Shown piece by piece: positions 1 to 14,659 of a DNA stretch of 64,000 nt. The stretch comes from Nymphaea colorata (taxonomy: Eukaryota), in the NCBI RefSeq assembly GCF_008831285.2, contig NC_045138.2:30008001-30072000 (forward strand), written 5' to 3'. A program made the translations under genes and the position numbers. A model generated the notes under the pieces. That model was given only the letters and a program-made list of their open reading frames with translations. It made no database searches and was not told the DNA's origin. Numbering within the stretch: the first letter of the stretch is position 1; every line of letters starts with the position of its first letter.

Positions 1-164
1 AGTTGAACTTTGTTGGAAAGCAGATAAAAGCATCCATGCATCTTCAGGAAACAAGAGAGAGGAGTAATAAACTATTCATGTGAACAACATAAATATCGCA
101 GCTAGGTAAGGCAATTATTGGGATCTAATACAACCAAAAAGCAAAAATTGGATGGAATCATCAC

Positions 165-3100
165 CTCACGAAGTGCATCAGCATATGAGCTCATATCAGT
201 TAGTATGACTAAAACATGCTTTCCACATTCGTAGGCTAGATATTCTGCTGTTGTCAGGGCAATTCGAGGAGTGATGATGCGTTCAATGGTCGGATCATTG
301 GCCTGTAGATAAAGCAAATCAAGAAATATAGGGTATGCACAGGCTAACATAACGAAAAGCAATGTGCTAATGCTAATATAACATTAAAAGTTTAAAACTA
401 CTGACTGACCTATACAGAAACTAAAAACAAGAAAGCAAAAGTTACCAGATTCAGAAACAAAGTAACTCGCTCCATCGAACCATTCTCTTCAAAATCTCGT
501 TTGAAAAACTGTGCAGTTTCCATGTTGACCCCCATTGCAGCAAAGACAATGGCAAAGTTGTCTTCATCCTCATCCTGGAAAGTTTATGGGGAAGGATCAG
601 TCTATGATTGTTCATTATTTTCTATCTATCAGAACACTTGTTCTTTCAAATGGTCTAGAATAGCAACTGTGGTTCACAACGTTCAACCATGTAGATGTTC
701 AACGACTTGACCAACAAATCAACTAAACAACATGCAAATTTCTCATGCTTATAAACCTCTGTCTCAATTGAACAACATCAGGTTCTTTTTCAATAATTAC
801 ACTTGCCAGCTAGTCTTCCAAAGGAAAAAACTTAGATCATACGAAAATTATATAGCAGTCCTCATCAAAGTTTACAGCATATAGGTACCTTAACGTGGTC
901 TCCCAACTTCCCATGTCGCTTGACAAGTCCAGCTTGACGACAAATCTGGGCAGCAATTTCATTATGAGGAAGCCCAGCAGCAGAAAAAAGTGGGATTTTT
1001 TGTCCTCTTGCAATTGAGTTCATCACATCAATTGTTGATATTCCTGTCTGAATCATCTCTTCTGGGTATGTTCTCTCACTAGGGTTAATCGAACTTCCTA
1101 AAGGAAAAAAGACACCATATATTTAGAAACCTGAGCACAGGGAAAGGCATACAGACTAAAAATACACAAAGTGTCAAAGTTGCTTTGGGATCAACAACCT
1201 GAAATGTCTCGGTAGGCCTCAGGCAGAATTGGAGGGCCATTATCTATTGGCTTTCCTGATCCATTGAAAATGCGCCCAAGCATATCCAAGGAAACAGGAG
1301 TCTTTAACACCTGGTGACATAGGCAACAGCACAAAGAGACATAAAAATAGTAATCCTCACTTTACAAATATAAGAACCTATCAACTGGATAAAGTAAAGC
1401 ACTTTAACATGGTTATATATAAGACACAAAAAGGAAAAAGGTGAAGGAGACCTTTAATACAGACAACAAATAATCAACTATGTATATCCAAAATAGAAGA
1501 ATGACATGGAGTACAGTCCACAAAATTTTCAACAAATAGGAGATATCCTAAAATCTTGGTAAAGTCTGTGTGTTTAAAACATTATTTTTTTACTCAATAA
1601 TAGTTACAGCACTCCAATGGCAAATGCTAAGAAGATCATGTACCAACAGTCCAAACACTAGAACTAAAAGTGACTCTGCAATAGAGAGATAATGGGTTGG
1701 AGTCAAATTACATTAACATAACTTAAACACAAGAGTTATTGAAACTTGAGGGAATGTCTCAGCAAAAATAAATACATGTATCAAATAAAATTGCAAGGGA
1801 ACGCATGAGAATTGTATTCATTTTTTATCATACATGAACAACAAAAATAATGAAAGATTAAAGAGGAAATTTTAGTAAGTATCAATTAGCAAAGCAGCAA
1901 AATACTAACCTCCCCTGTGAACTGCACAGTTGTATACTTGTTGTCAATTCCAGCTGTCCCTTCAAAAACCTAGAAAAGACAGAAAAATATGAAATTTTCT
2001 GATAAAGGATGACATCTTGGGAAGGCTGTTATGTAAATTTAATGCTACAGGGCTCCAGTATTCCATTTTAAGTAACAATAATGTGGGGGAAAAAGCACCC
2101 ATCTGCCACCTACTTTACAATGACTATGCTGGATAAAGACACTATAAACTAAACGAAAAAATGTTTCAAGGAAGTGTGAAATTGATGTTCTAATTTTTCC
2201 ATAAATAATGCCTCAGATCAGCAGTAATGCCAACAAGGCAGAAGAAAGCCAGTAGTTCTTACACAAAAGATAAGGAAAATTCAAGCATTGACACCCTCTA
2301 AGTGGCAAGCACACGGTATTCTTTAGTAAAAGCCAAAAGGATACCAAGCGGCTATGTTAAGTGGGATAGATTGTAACACCTCATTATAAAAACTTACATC
2401 CCATTACCCCTTATTGAAGATTATAGGAAATCTTTAAGGACTTATAAAAGGGGTTGGAGAAAGTGGTTGATTGTTAAAAGTTCCTAGCTTTTTGGGGCTG
2501 GAACCAAAACTGCTAGGGGCAGGTGTGATCCACCAAAATGGAAGTCTTAACTCAGTGTAGGAGTGGGCTGGGTTGTTAATTGGTTAGCTACATATTTTAC
2601 CAAAATAGTTTTCACCATGACCTGACCTTACCGCACTAAAAAACAATTCATGACCAGCACCTAAGATGATGACATTTGACAATTTGCTATTTCTTCCAAG
2701 AAACACTTTAGGGGACTCAAGTTTGTTGTTTCTTCATGCTTTACATTTTTAAAAACTAAAGAACTGGTTCTGTGAGGCAACAATTGAATTTCTTATGCTA
2801 TTATATCACAAAAATAAACCCTGAACTATTAAACCAACTTTTAAATTATTTTTAAGCAGATACAAGCAAATAAATGCAGGAAACGCATTTTGGCGAAGTT
2901 GGAGAAAAGTTAGAAGGATTCTATTTCTTAATCAATAGAATCAAAACAATGAGAAAACTCTCCCAGTAAGACAAAGTCAACACACAGCCTTTCGTTTATG
3001 ACCCTGTCACATTTGTAGAGCTCAGACCAGTCACCGGAACACTTTTAGGTTACTTGGAATAGTTCAGAAGCAACCTCATTAAGCTCCAATGGCAAAAATT

Positions 3101-3950
3101 TCTCCTTTCAAGATTTTCGAAAGTTGAAAACAAAAAGATTTAATGAAGGGAGCAAATCAGCATGGAGATGCTCTTAGTATAATTCAGCAAGAAAAAGTTC
3201 TCGTGCAAAAAGGAAGACATAAGATGAAAATAAAAACAGACCTGTACAACAGCTTTCTCTCCATCAACTTCCAGAACCTGACCACGCCTTGTTGTACCGT
3301 CTGAAAGTCTTATATTAACAATCTCTTGGTACTTTGGACCCTACAATTGTAAAAAGAAAAAAATTATAGAAGGATACCGATAATACTATTTTACAGAGAA
3401 ATTCTAGGTAGGCGACTCATCATCCACAAAGTCTGCTGAGAAACAAGGACACTGTACATTTTACCTTGACTTTTTCCAGGATAACAAGAGGACCAGCAAC
3501 TCCAGAAACAGTTCTGTATTCTGCAATGAGCATAAAAACATCAATCAGGACAAACAAACTGACCGGAAACAGTGGCATAAAAAAAATGCATAGTCATAAC
3601 TGATACTCTGATAGGAATAATAAAAATACAAGAGAATATCTGAAGCGCAATATGAAGGATTGCCAAAATTTCTAATCTTCAGAAACTCAGCACAGAGCTT
3701 CAGATTGACATGTAAAGACAAACTGCACAAAAATCAAGATAAAAACATGTGTCTGGATGAAAGTATCACAACCGAGAGTTAGAAAGGGAGACACAAGTGA
3801 AGAGGAGAGAACTAGATGACTTCTTCAAAAAGGGCAATACATTGCGGACTGAAAATTTGATGTCCATTGCCTACACGTAGAGCTCAGCTTACCCATGCCA
3901 ATCTCCAGAGTTCCCTCATCTGAGTCAATTATCTTTGAAGCGGCACCCAT
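165..3950 (-). CDS. VHA-B: V-type proton ATPase subunit B, 5' part; gene continues past the window start
   Basis: GT-AG exons 3893-3950, 3465-3520, 3242-3340, 1910-1969, 1199-1310, 889-1097, 446-574, 165-302. They splice in frame to [46 protein letters not shown]...[44 protein letters not shown]...[46 protein letters not shown], which are diagnostic VHA-B motifs. Confidence 0.97.
2372..2560. mobile_element. Degenerate short LTR/TRIM-like fragment in a VHA-B intron
   Basis: Starts TGTAACACC and contains TATAAAAGGG followed by AGCTTTTTGGGG, resembling short plant LTRs. The 3' CA end and a TSD are not resolved. Confidence 0.3.
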
Positions 3951-4883
3951 CTTTAACGTATAACCTAATGAGACCATAAATTTACAAAAGTAAAAGCACA
4001 GCAAAAATCCTCAAACAAATATCAGTCAGACGGAATATGCAACAGAGTATCGCATAAAAAAGTAATGATAAAATACAGATGACAAAGAATAATATTTGCT
4101 GCCCGTATGATCTAAGAAATATGAAAAACAAGACGAGAACAACAGCAAGAACAACATTGTGTGAACTGAAGTTAACAAGACAATGGTAGAAGTAGAACAA
4201 CCAATCCATTCCCTTCACAAGAGTAAATAACAAAGAGAAAAGAAGCGCATGATTTATGCAAAAACTAGTTCTTCAGTTTCGTTACTCGTCGTTCTTACAT
4301 CTAGAGGGGAAAACGGTTATTTACTATGTATTGGAGAAAGATGTCAGATGATGGCTTCCTCTTCTCCATTTTCAAGTCAACCACAAGCGAACACAAAAAT
4401 TTGAGCAAGTTAGAGAAACGAAACATTTAAATGATCAACAATAAAACCCCAAAAAGAAGATAAAAAGGCCACGTATCCAAATCTACTCTTCCCCCACCTT
4501 GAATCCGATTGTGGGAGAACCAAAAAAAATATATATATATCGAGTCAAATAAAAGAGGAACAATCAAGTGCACAAAAATTTCCAGAAAACAACAAATAAA
4601 CCACAATGAAACGGAAAAAAAAATTGCCATGAATTACAGAATCACAACAAACTCCTAAAACAGAATAAATAACTAAACAAAAGGACCGTCTTTTCACTTC
4701 ATCAACACGGATCTCGACTCTGTCCAAAGGATTCCTCGAAACAAAAGAACACCCATTGACCGAAAAGAGACCAATAATAGATTTATCAAGTAAATGGGGA
4801 CAACCAACTCAGGAAACGCAAAACTGAGCAATCTGACCATACTGAATACGCAAAGCGAAAGCTTAAAGGGAGAGAAGACATAC

Positions 4884-5000
4884 CTCTGATCAAGCTCAAG
4901 GGAGAAGAAGAGATTCAGAGTTGATGATAACGATGATGAGGAGGAGGAGGAAGAATCAGAGAGCTCTGTGATGCAGAGCTCGCTTCGACCGCCCGCCCCC
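4884..5000 (-). other. Probable non-coding first exon (5' UTR) of VHA-B
   Basis: CT-rich leader on the minus strand ends in AG|GTATG at 4884/4883. An acceptor CATTAG|G lies near 3965, just upstream of the ATG at 3950. The upstream boundary is approximate. Confidence 0.55.
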
Positions 5001-7483
5001 ACCAAGCCCAAAAGGTCGCCCCCAAGGAAGAGCAAATAATTACATAAACAACAAAGTAAATAAATGATCCCTCTCTCTCCCTCCTGTTTTTTATTAACTT
5101 TGTAGCAGACAGAATAAGAAAGAGAATTGGATCTGTATTATAGTTTTGCCCCATAAAAATTGAGAGTGGCACACTGAATTTCTTTTAAGATCAATCGACT
5201 ACCTCTTAAATAGATAATACAAGACACTTTAGCCTTTCGAAAGTTATGTATCTTGTATATCTCATCTACCAATTATTATCTTCGATACGACAATGGTATC
5301 AAAAGGTTTGATGTAGTTGGTCGGACTGGTTTCATCTTTTATAAGTGTCACTTTTTGTACAAGCTGATGTAATTCTGGACCTTTTAATCTCGACACATTT
5401 ATTTACACAAATGATAGATTATTTTATCGATGCGGTAGGTGTAGGCATAGTGTGGGCAATTGAATACATAATCCCACAAAAATGTTTATTTTTTTATTAA
5501 AACTTCTTCGTGACAAACGATTTGTCACATGTGTACACGTATACCATGCTTTCATGTGGTACAATCCAAAGAACATCAAGGAGGGAAGAGCCCACAGTAT
5601 CTGACAACTACACACTGAAATGTTTCAGAATCAGTTTTTGGTCGGTGGGCAGTAAACGGGTTGGACTTGGATCAACCAAATACGAAAAAAAAGGCGGATC
5701 TGATCTTGGGACTTCAGGATTTTAGTTATTCGATTTTCAACAAAGATTTGAAATCTTGTGTTTGAAAGATAAAAGAATTGCATCAAGGATTTGTAAATAT
5801 TGCATGTTATAGTTATGGATCTCAAATCTACGGTTCTTGAATCCACGGTTTGTTGGAATGATGGATCCAAAGTGGGTCATCATTTTGCCAACACCCACAC
5901 CCTTTCGAAAAGTCGGCATATATGGGGTTCGTTCCAGCCAATACAGGGTGATAAATTGATAAAGAGAAATTCGACTATAATTGATTTAAATTTTTAATTC
6001 ATTTTTTGAGGCGGTTATGAATGATGTATATCACCGATACACGTCATTTTCTCTAAAGTTTTCAATACGACTCGGACAGATTTTTACAACATTAGTCCTG
6101 AGCGTTCTGACCAAAGGCAGTAGAGCACTGTGATATTTCCTCTTTTCTTTTTCAGAAACCATTTTGGTTATATACAACGTGAATATGTAAGTTAAAAGAT
6201 TAATTTGACGTTGACAAGTTTATACTGCTGAAAACTATTTTAAAATCTACAAAAACATATTTTTTGTAATAAAAAATGATTTTTTTTTCCATAACATTTG
6301 CCTTTTAAATGGTATTATTATTAAAAAAAAAAAAAAAAAAAAACTCTCGTGCCAAAGGAGGGAAGGGTTGATGGGTCAGTCAGGCAGCTCACGAGACTCT
6401 TGTGAAAGCCATTTTCACGTGGATAGTGAAAAGATCTATCTGTTTATCATCTCACTATGTTTTTTTTTGGTGAACACAAGGTTAATAACCTATCGTTCGA
6501 AAAGAAAATCTCTCGTTATTCTCAAGATGTAGATGGAATAAGATACACTCATCAATTATAATATTATGATTTCGCTCATCAATTACAATATTATGATTTC
6601 GCTGTTTACAAACATCCACAAGAATCGAACCAACGACGCATCCTCCCTACACTCCATCGCGTGTTTAAAAACAGTTCTTTAAATTGTGTTTTGGTTGCAA
6701 TTATATAGCAAATGAATATATAAAGTTAACATTAGCATCACTTTGTGTTATTTTATCATCTCGTTCATGCCGGATCTACTTTTTCTTAAAAAGAACAAAC
6801 AATATATTCATGTTACAATCGCCATCATCGATTCATCAGGGTTGTCGTCATCTTCATCAGGGTTGTCGTCATCTCTCTGCAGATTCGCCATCTCTCCGCA
6901 GCTCAATAATTTAGTTCCCTATGGCCTCAAAAGATGTCCACAGGCACATGGAGGCCGAGGTGCAGACAAACCCACGCCCTTTAACAGACCAATGTCAGCG
7001 GGCCAACGACAGGTTTCTCGCAGTTCAGTGGGCACCACCATTCTCCTGTGGGCGGAGAGGAAAAGTAAAAAAAGAAACGGAGAATTGGAACTGAAGACCA
7101 CTAACTCGGAGCTGGTCGATGAAGATGAGAGGAACACAGAGGGGGGCGAGAGAGAGAGAGAGAGGTGACCACAATAAGCAAGGCTTTATTAAAAGTCTCC
7201 AACCGCTATGGATCTGATAAGTTTGTAAAGAAACAAGTTCAAAGTTGAACACTTGCTCTTTAGATAAAATACATTTTCGACCAACTCACTTCAACATGAG
7301 TTCCGGACAACACTTCGACAAGAGTTAACTGTTTCCATCAAACCGCCATGACCGTCAATTGTTGCAGCGATAGCAGTAAAATGCTAGGTGTCTCCCCGAC
7401 AGTGTATGGGGATAGAAGATGAAGGTTAACTGGTATAACTAAGGTAGTTTGCTTTGAGGAACAAGTATTTATTTCTCTGTTTC

Positions 7484-10400
7484 TCACATGAAGTCCTCTT
7501 CCAGTTCTTGCAGAGACTTGTTTGCTGCAGCAATTTGTTTGTTAGATGTCATCTTCTCCGAGACCATCAGACCCTTGTAGCTCCTTATCTCTGCTTGTTT
7601 CTCCCTTTCAAGCCTCTCCATTTCTTCTCGGCGCTTCTGTTAAGATTTAAAAAAAAAAACAGTAACTAGTCATACAGGCCAATTCATAAGATCCAATAGA
7701 TAAACCAGATTAAACCCAACCCAACAATGTCAACAATTTTTTATTTTCACCAATTGCATTCAGATGACCATTGAAAGCTACAAATCTGAAACCACCCGAC
7801 CGAGAAAAGGGTGCCTGTATCTGAGACAATACACTCAGGCACCAACCCAAATTATAATTTCTAACGTGTCTGAGATTTGGGTATAAAAATAACCTAAACC
7901 CAAGTAAATTTTGTATCATGCATATCCAGCCCATATCTGGGTTGACTTCCATTAATCTTCTTTACAATTCCAATTTCTCTTGGCCATCAATAATCGACCA
8001 GCTCTTAAAGTCGAAGGTTTCTTTCAGAGGGTTAACAAACAACTAGCTTTTATATTTACAAATGCAGGAGTTGGGCCTTATTTTTTGACAAAAAAATCAA
8101 TCTTCAGTTCCATCATTTCTGTATCGAATTTCTCTTGTATGTTCCAAGTAGAAAATAACAAACTAATTCCATGATTTGAAGAAATGGATAAAGCATGTTT
8201 TAAAGAAATTGATTCAATGCCATGACACATGATACTCCAGTTTGACTTATCCAGTTATCCCCTTAGCTGAGAGTCATATTTGGAACCTCCAAAAAGATGC
8301 ATGGCTGTTCTAGAATATTCCACAATAGAGAGCTTCAATCATTTACGACAGCTTTGCAATAACATGTAGGAAAAACAGAATATTTGGAAGAAGAAGCTGG
8401 CGAGACAACTTTTATACCCTAAACTAAGATGAGATAAGCATTTAAACTCCATTCATTAACATGGTCTGACTACTCAGAAAAAGTAGGTGCAATCATTCGG
8501 CAATCATCAAGAGAGTGATTTTCACCATACCTTGTCCCGAAGCTGAACTTTCCGTTCAGCTCTTTCTGCAGCATTTACAGCTTCTTTCTCAGCTGATCAT
8601 ATAAAAGAATTAGTTATTTCATTATCTAACAAGAAACAAGTATTTGAACTAGAAGAAAACTTCTCACAAGTATACCTAGAAAAAGGGGACAAATCAGGCC
8701 ATATAAATGGGGAAGCATTAATGGCAGGAACTATCGCACTCCACTTAAAAGTAGATTTTCTCTAAAACACGCTTCAAAATATAGTATAGAAGAGATGCCT
8801 CATATCAAAAGTTTCATGAAGAAAGATTAGACTAGGATGGCAAGGTACCTTTTAAGTCTGGCTTCCTTTCCACCTTGGTCTTGTTCAACCTATTCACAAT
8901 TTCATTTATGCGCTTTTCTACTTTAACAGTGCGAACCTATTGAACAGATAACCAAATTCAGTTAATATTTTAATTGAACAGGCAACTCTCATTCTACTAG
9001 AATTCAAATCATTGCCCGCATGGGCACAAAGATTAGCCTATACTCAACTACCAAGTCAGAAGCAGTCTCAGCATAGTTCACCTTTTTCTTCTCATCATCA
9101 ATGCAAATCTCACATGCATCCCCCAATGTGAAAAGTTTAAGGACACCAAAGTGGGGGGAAAAGAGAACATATAGATGCTCAAAATATTGATTAATAAACT
9201 AATAAATCTGGGGGCACTTAAGGAGGCATCATCACTTCTCAGTTTAATGGTGAATGGCTCACTAGATTAGGACGTGGAACTACACTAATAGCTTTTTCCA
9301 CATTGCAAGTGCTTAGCCTTATACAAGAACAAATGCAAGGTAAGAATCTTAAGGATAAAATGAGAAACAAAACTCTCAGGTATCTCATGCTGATTGGAAA
9401 AGCAATAGTAAATTAGTAATGATCTGTAAAATGGATGTGTAAGTTTGAGGATAAGTGTGGCATACACACTTGGGATGAGAAAGAACAGCATAGTTCCCTT
9501 TTCTCATTTCTTCTGGATTCTGTGTGTAAATCTTTTATTGTTTAGGAGTTTGAAGGCATATTTTCAACTTATTGATGATCTACTAATGCCTTTTTCTCTT
9601 CAATAATCTATTTTTTTCACCTTCGCAGAAATGGGTAAATTGCAAAACCAGCAAAGCATAACCATGGCGGACTACATCCAAAAAAGCAACATGGTTATAA
9701 ACTTTATTCCTTTTACTCTTTACAGAGCATAGTGTTCAAAGCCAATTGGATAGTTTCATTTCCATAACATTCTGGAAAACTTTAGATTTTCTTTTGCTAC
9801 AAGCAGAAAATTCTTAAAAGTGGAAAGTACTACTGCAAACAAAAGAAAATTAGAATGACCAAGTAAAAGGGAGGAAGAATTTGCTATAAAAAAAAAGACC
9901 ACAGGAAAAAGAAGAAGAAAACAGTGGGACAGCTCACTGGAAATCTCTATTGCATACAAAATATTATCTCGTATCAGGGAAGAACCGAGAGAGAAAATAA
10001 CATATAACCAAAGAATAAACCTCACACTGTTTAGTCCTCAATCAAGGAAACCAGACGGCTTTACAAATAAATACTTAAGGTTTAAAACTTGCACTAAGAT
10101 GATTCCCTTATTGGTTGGAAAAATAACTCCACAGAGGTCTCCGCAGATCCATGCATAAAGTGTAGCAAGAATCAAGCAATGAACCTACAAGAAGAGTCTT
10201 TTCACATACAAGGATTTTTTAAGGCATAAAGCTAGGATGTGCTGGAATAAACAACCTAATCTAATCAAACGTGAGTTTGTCAAACATCAAAGAAAAATTA
10301 AAAAACTGAACATGCAATATAGTTGTGCTACTTAGATTCTTGCCAAAGGATCCACAACAAAGTGTAGATGTGAAACCTAAAATAGCTCAAGCTAGAAACA

Positions 10401-11724
10401 CAACCTAGCAATTATGCGAGCTTTTGTTTTATCACGTGTACCTTGGCTAAATTAATGAGTCAGATGAATCAGAGAAATTGATGGGCATGCCTAATAAAAG
10501 CGATGGGGAAAAAAATGCTGTAACCTATTCACTACATAAAGAACCATCTTTTTTCCTTCATGTTCTTCCCAGATTACATTATAATATTTGTAGAAGGATA
10601 TCGTGTGGAACAAATTTAATTATGCAAGTCACTTGTGTACATTTACTTTTTATGAACATTTTGCAGCTCAAAATCTGTCATATTTGACCTAATCAGAAAA
10701 AAGAACTATTTGATTTTGGCTATTTCCCATTAGCAGTAGTGTCACCACAGGATATCGCTTACAAGGAAAAGAAGAAAAATAGAAATTTCTAATCATGAAA
10801 TATACAAGATCAGCACCTAGGAATCTTGGTTAAGCTCTTTGTTTCTTTCCCTCTAGAGAATCATGAATGTTCTGGACTGATAATGTGACAAGCTGAATGG
10901 CTAAAATTCAAACAAGCATAAAAGTGCAATATGAAAGCTGGTCTAAGTTGTCTTCCTTCACCTGATTGTCAGGAGGGAAAAAAGGAAAGCAAATTCCAAG
11001 TAGAAGAGAACAAGAAAACTATGGATTGGAGCAAGATAGTGTGATGAGGCGGTTTCCCTTAAGCAAACATTTGAAAAGAAGAATAACCAAGGAACAGTTA
11101 AAGCTCCAGTAGTCGAAAGCAAAACAAAATATTGAACACAACTGCAAACTCAGAGACTTTTGAGTTTAACTGAACTTATTTGTGTGGTAAGAGTAGATCA
11201 ATAACATGTAAACATATATTGCCCTCTAACCCACTTAATTCCTACATGAGCATGTTTCAAGTCAGTTTGAAAATTGAAATACCATCAGGAAATATGTGAT
11301 CAATTGCCAATCAGGAAGGTCAAATGCAACTGACTTATTCAAAGTCTACCAAAAATTAGAAGCTTACAATCTTTGGATTATGAAAGCCAACTTGGCCCAC
11401 ATCCATTGAAGGAGTCTTCTTTAAGTTGAACCAGGGAGTGTATACAACATCAATATTGTTCACCTTATTTCCTGCCAAGATTGACATGCCAGAGGATTAA
11501 AGAATCAGAAAAGTTGCCTTTGATCCATCAAGAAATCTATGCTAGTTAGACAGAACATACATTAGTTCGAGCTCTCTCTTCTTTAGTATTAGACGATCTA
11601 TCAAAAGTGAAAAGAAAAAGAAGGGTTTCTAAGTTGTCAAAATCAGAAGCCAGCCACAGTTGCTCAAGGCCCTAAAGCACTAACCAGGACTAGTCATCCA
11701 AGTCAGTTTCAACTAAAATAAAAT

Positions 11725-11783
<59 letters not shown>

Positions 11784-13691
11784 ACCACATTCAAAGTGCC
11801 AAACAAAAGACATCAAACGACCTTTGTGAATTAAGTAACGACATATACAGATATACACATTAAACACACCCGTATATACAGATATAAAAGCAACCAAATG
11901 CCAGCCTGACACAAAAACCCACTAATCATTCATTGACTAGTATGGAATACCGACTATATTGGACTAGTTGTGTGGCTACTGACTAGGGCAAGTAGGACCA
12001 GTTGGCCAACTAGTTACCTACGTTGATAACATGGGATAATGTAACAAAACCATAATACTTAGTGAAACCTGAAAGGAGTTTTTAGACATGCAAATGAAAT
12101 ATTTATATTAAACCACATTATGGAAGATGTTTTCATTAATTTTAAGATGACTTTTCTTTACACTAGGTGATTCTTGAAAAGGGAAAGATAACAAGGATAA
12201 CACACAAAAATCATATCACAGATGCACCATGGAATGCTTCACTAAGGAGATCCATACACAATATTATTTAGGAGATAAATGAAACACAGCACAAAACCAA
12301 TACTTTCAAGGAACCCACCATCTATGTGGGAGGAGAGATTGAACGTAGAAGTGCTTGCCTTGAATAGAATTTGCCTTAACAAGTTGAGCACAATCCTCCA
12401 GCAACCCTTCACTTATATCGTCAATCGACTGACCTTTGTGCAGCCTTACATAGACATGAGCAGATGACATTTTGTCCACATGGAACCTACACACGTATCT
12501 GATATTTGTCAAGTACCTTTTCTATTGGGCTGAACAGCGTATTCTAAACGCCACAACAATATAAAAAATAATCCAGTCGCTACTTATATGGAAAATTGTG
12601 CAGTCACATACTGGTGCACACGAAAAGAAACATGAGCTACAACAAAAAAGGATAGTGAACAGTGAACACAACTACAAAGAAAGAGCTACATAGAATGAAA
12701 GATCATGAACATGTAGTAACTGTGAGCTGCATACACAAAATAGCAAGGCCTACCACGGTTGTCAAGGAAACACAATAATAAGTATGCTTTTCCAAAACCG
12801 AAAATCAATGATACAACAATACCAGATGCAGACCACGCAAAGTTTTCAAAGAAAAAATAATAATAATAATAATACGTCTTGAGACGTTCTTTATCTGGAA
12901 AGTTTATCATCATATCACCGAAAAGAGGACCTTTAAATACATCAAATTAGGACTGAGAAGGCGATTTTGTCAGAGAGAGTAGTCGTACCCTAAAAACAGA
13001 GTCATAATTGCCCTTTCGGCGAAAATGGGAAGTACCCTTTTAGATATGACACAATTTTCTCGGCCTTGAAGATCAGTTTTTACCGGAACTCATGTTTCAA
13101 ATCAGTCGTGACTGATCTCTTATAAACTGTAGTCCAATATTTCTCTGGAGAAAATAGGACGAAGAAGGGAAAGTTGACCCTTCGAAACCCTATTTTTGAT
13201 TCCCAATGGCCACAGTTGTACACTTGTACTTGTTGACTCCTACTCCAACATCAACATTGCATCCCCTATCATATCTTGAATCTATCATCAAGCAATCGAA
13301 AGCAATAGCCACGAATAAAATAATCAACACAAATAAAACAAAACTATCTTTTCTAAACCACTGAATAACATGTAATCACGCACGATTCCAATTTCTGTTG
13401 CAATGAGATCCTAAGAGAAAAGATCAAGATTCAGACTTCCATCAACAAAACAGACTAGAATTTCCATTTTTTTCTATTTCGATTCTCGGATGAGAAAAGA
13501 CAAATCAGAACCCCAATATGGGGACGTAAAATATGTGTTCATGTGTGTGAAAAAGAGAGAGAGAGAGAGAGATTAGACCAGATGTCTTCAGGGAAGCCAT
13601 ATTTAATGAGCTCTTCGTTCTCGTATTTGTCAAGGCCCATAAAGATCGTGTAATCCCCAGCCTCCGGCCTCGCCTTGAAGTAGAACACCAT
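7484..13691 (-). CDS. CCDC25: Coiled-coil domain-containing protein 25-like (NFACT RNA-binding / DUF814 domain)
   Basis: Exons 13579-13691, 12359-12486, 11368-11471, 8849-8936, 8531-8592, 7484-7636. They give [53 protein letters not shown]...[46 protein letters not shown]...[11 protein letters not shown]. Intron 2 has a GC donor. Confidence 0.95.
11731..11780. repeat. (TA)25 microsatellite in a CCDC25 intron
   Basis: Read directly from the sequence. Confidence 0.95.
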
Positions 13692-14659
13692 CTTGTCCTT
13701 TCTTTCTTTTTCTCTTCCCCCTTCTTTCTTCTTCTCCTCCTTCCCCTCCACCAGACGAAGGAGGGATTATCTTAACCTTTTATTGCAGGAAGAGGAAGAA
13801 GCGAGGAGGATAGAGAAGCTTCCTCCCACGGAGACAAGAGAGAGAAAGTTCCCTCGGAAAACAACCGACTCAACAGGAAACAAGAAAAGGGTGAACGGAA
13901 AACCGTAGAAAGGCAGCGGCTTCAAAGAGACCCACAAAGCAAATCGCTTCTTCCCTTCCACCCTTTCCTCTCTCAAGTTCTCAACCCAACAAATAATCCA
14001 CGGTGCTCCTCCCCCAAAACATCCGTCTTCCTTTTTATTCTGAACTGTGAAGAAATTGCCAAAGCCCTCTCAGAGCCCAGTCAGCACCTCATCTCTGTCC
14101 CTCACCAAATTCTCTCTCTCTCTCTCTCTCTCCGTATCTACCAAACCCTTTTTTCAAATAGACCTTCGATCCCCACCGTCAATTGCAATTACTGTAAGAT
14201 ATCTCTGCGTGGGCGTCAGTTTCTTCCAAAACTAAAATTACAGCACTCTCTATTGAGTTTTCTTTACGCAAATAGTACCAACTGATCCGGTTGGAAAATT
14301 TCAACTTTATATATACATTATACAAGGACTAAACCGTGACATTTCATTTACGGTGGCATCAAATTTGATCGAACGGCTCACGATTAATTTCCTTTTTCTC
14401 TTTATATTTCTCCCTTCTTTTCCCTTTTTCTTTTCTTGCCTTACCGCAGGCAACCTTCCCCTAAGGGTGAACATCAGTTACCATTCAGCTAATATATAAT
14501 ATAATATATATATATGTATATGAAAATTAAAGAGTAACATAAACCTTCAGTTTCATATAGTCACATAAATTGTTTCGACGATCAAGTTTGATATAGAATC
14601 CATTTGCATCAGCTGTTATAATTTCTTGTCCAAGAATTTATAGGTGTCTCCAATAAATA

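Noticed and set aside
6350..6362. TGCCAAAGGAG, matching the 5' half of miR399
   Set aside because: The match stops after 11 nt and I see no complementary star arm.
13692..13751. N-terminal extension MEGKEEKKK... of CCDC25 in the ORF track (similar extensions appear for PLSP1 and PDI)
   Set aside because: These start at GTG/TTG codons in UTR sequence. The conserved family start is MVFYF at 13691.
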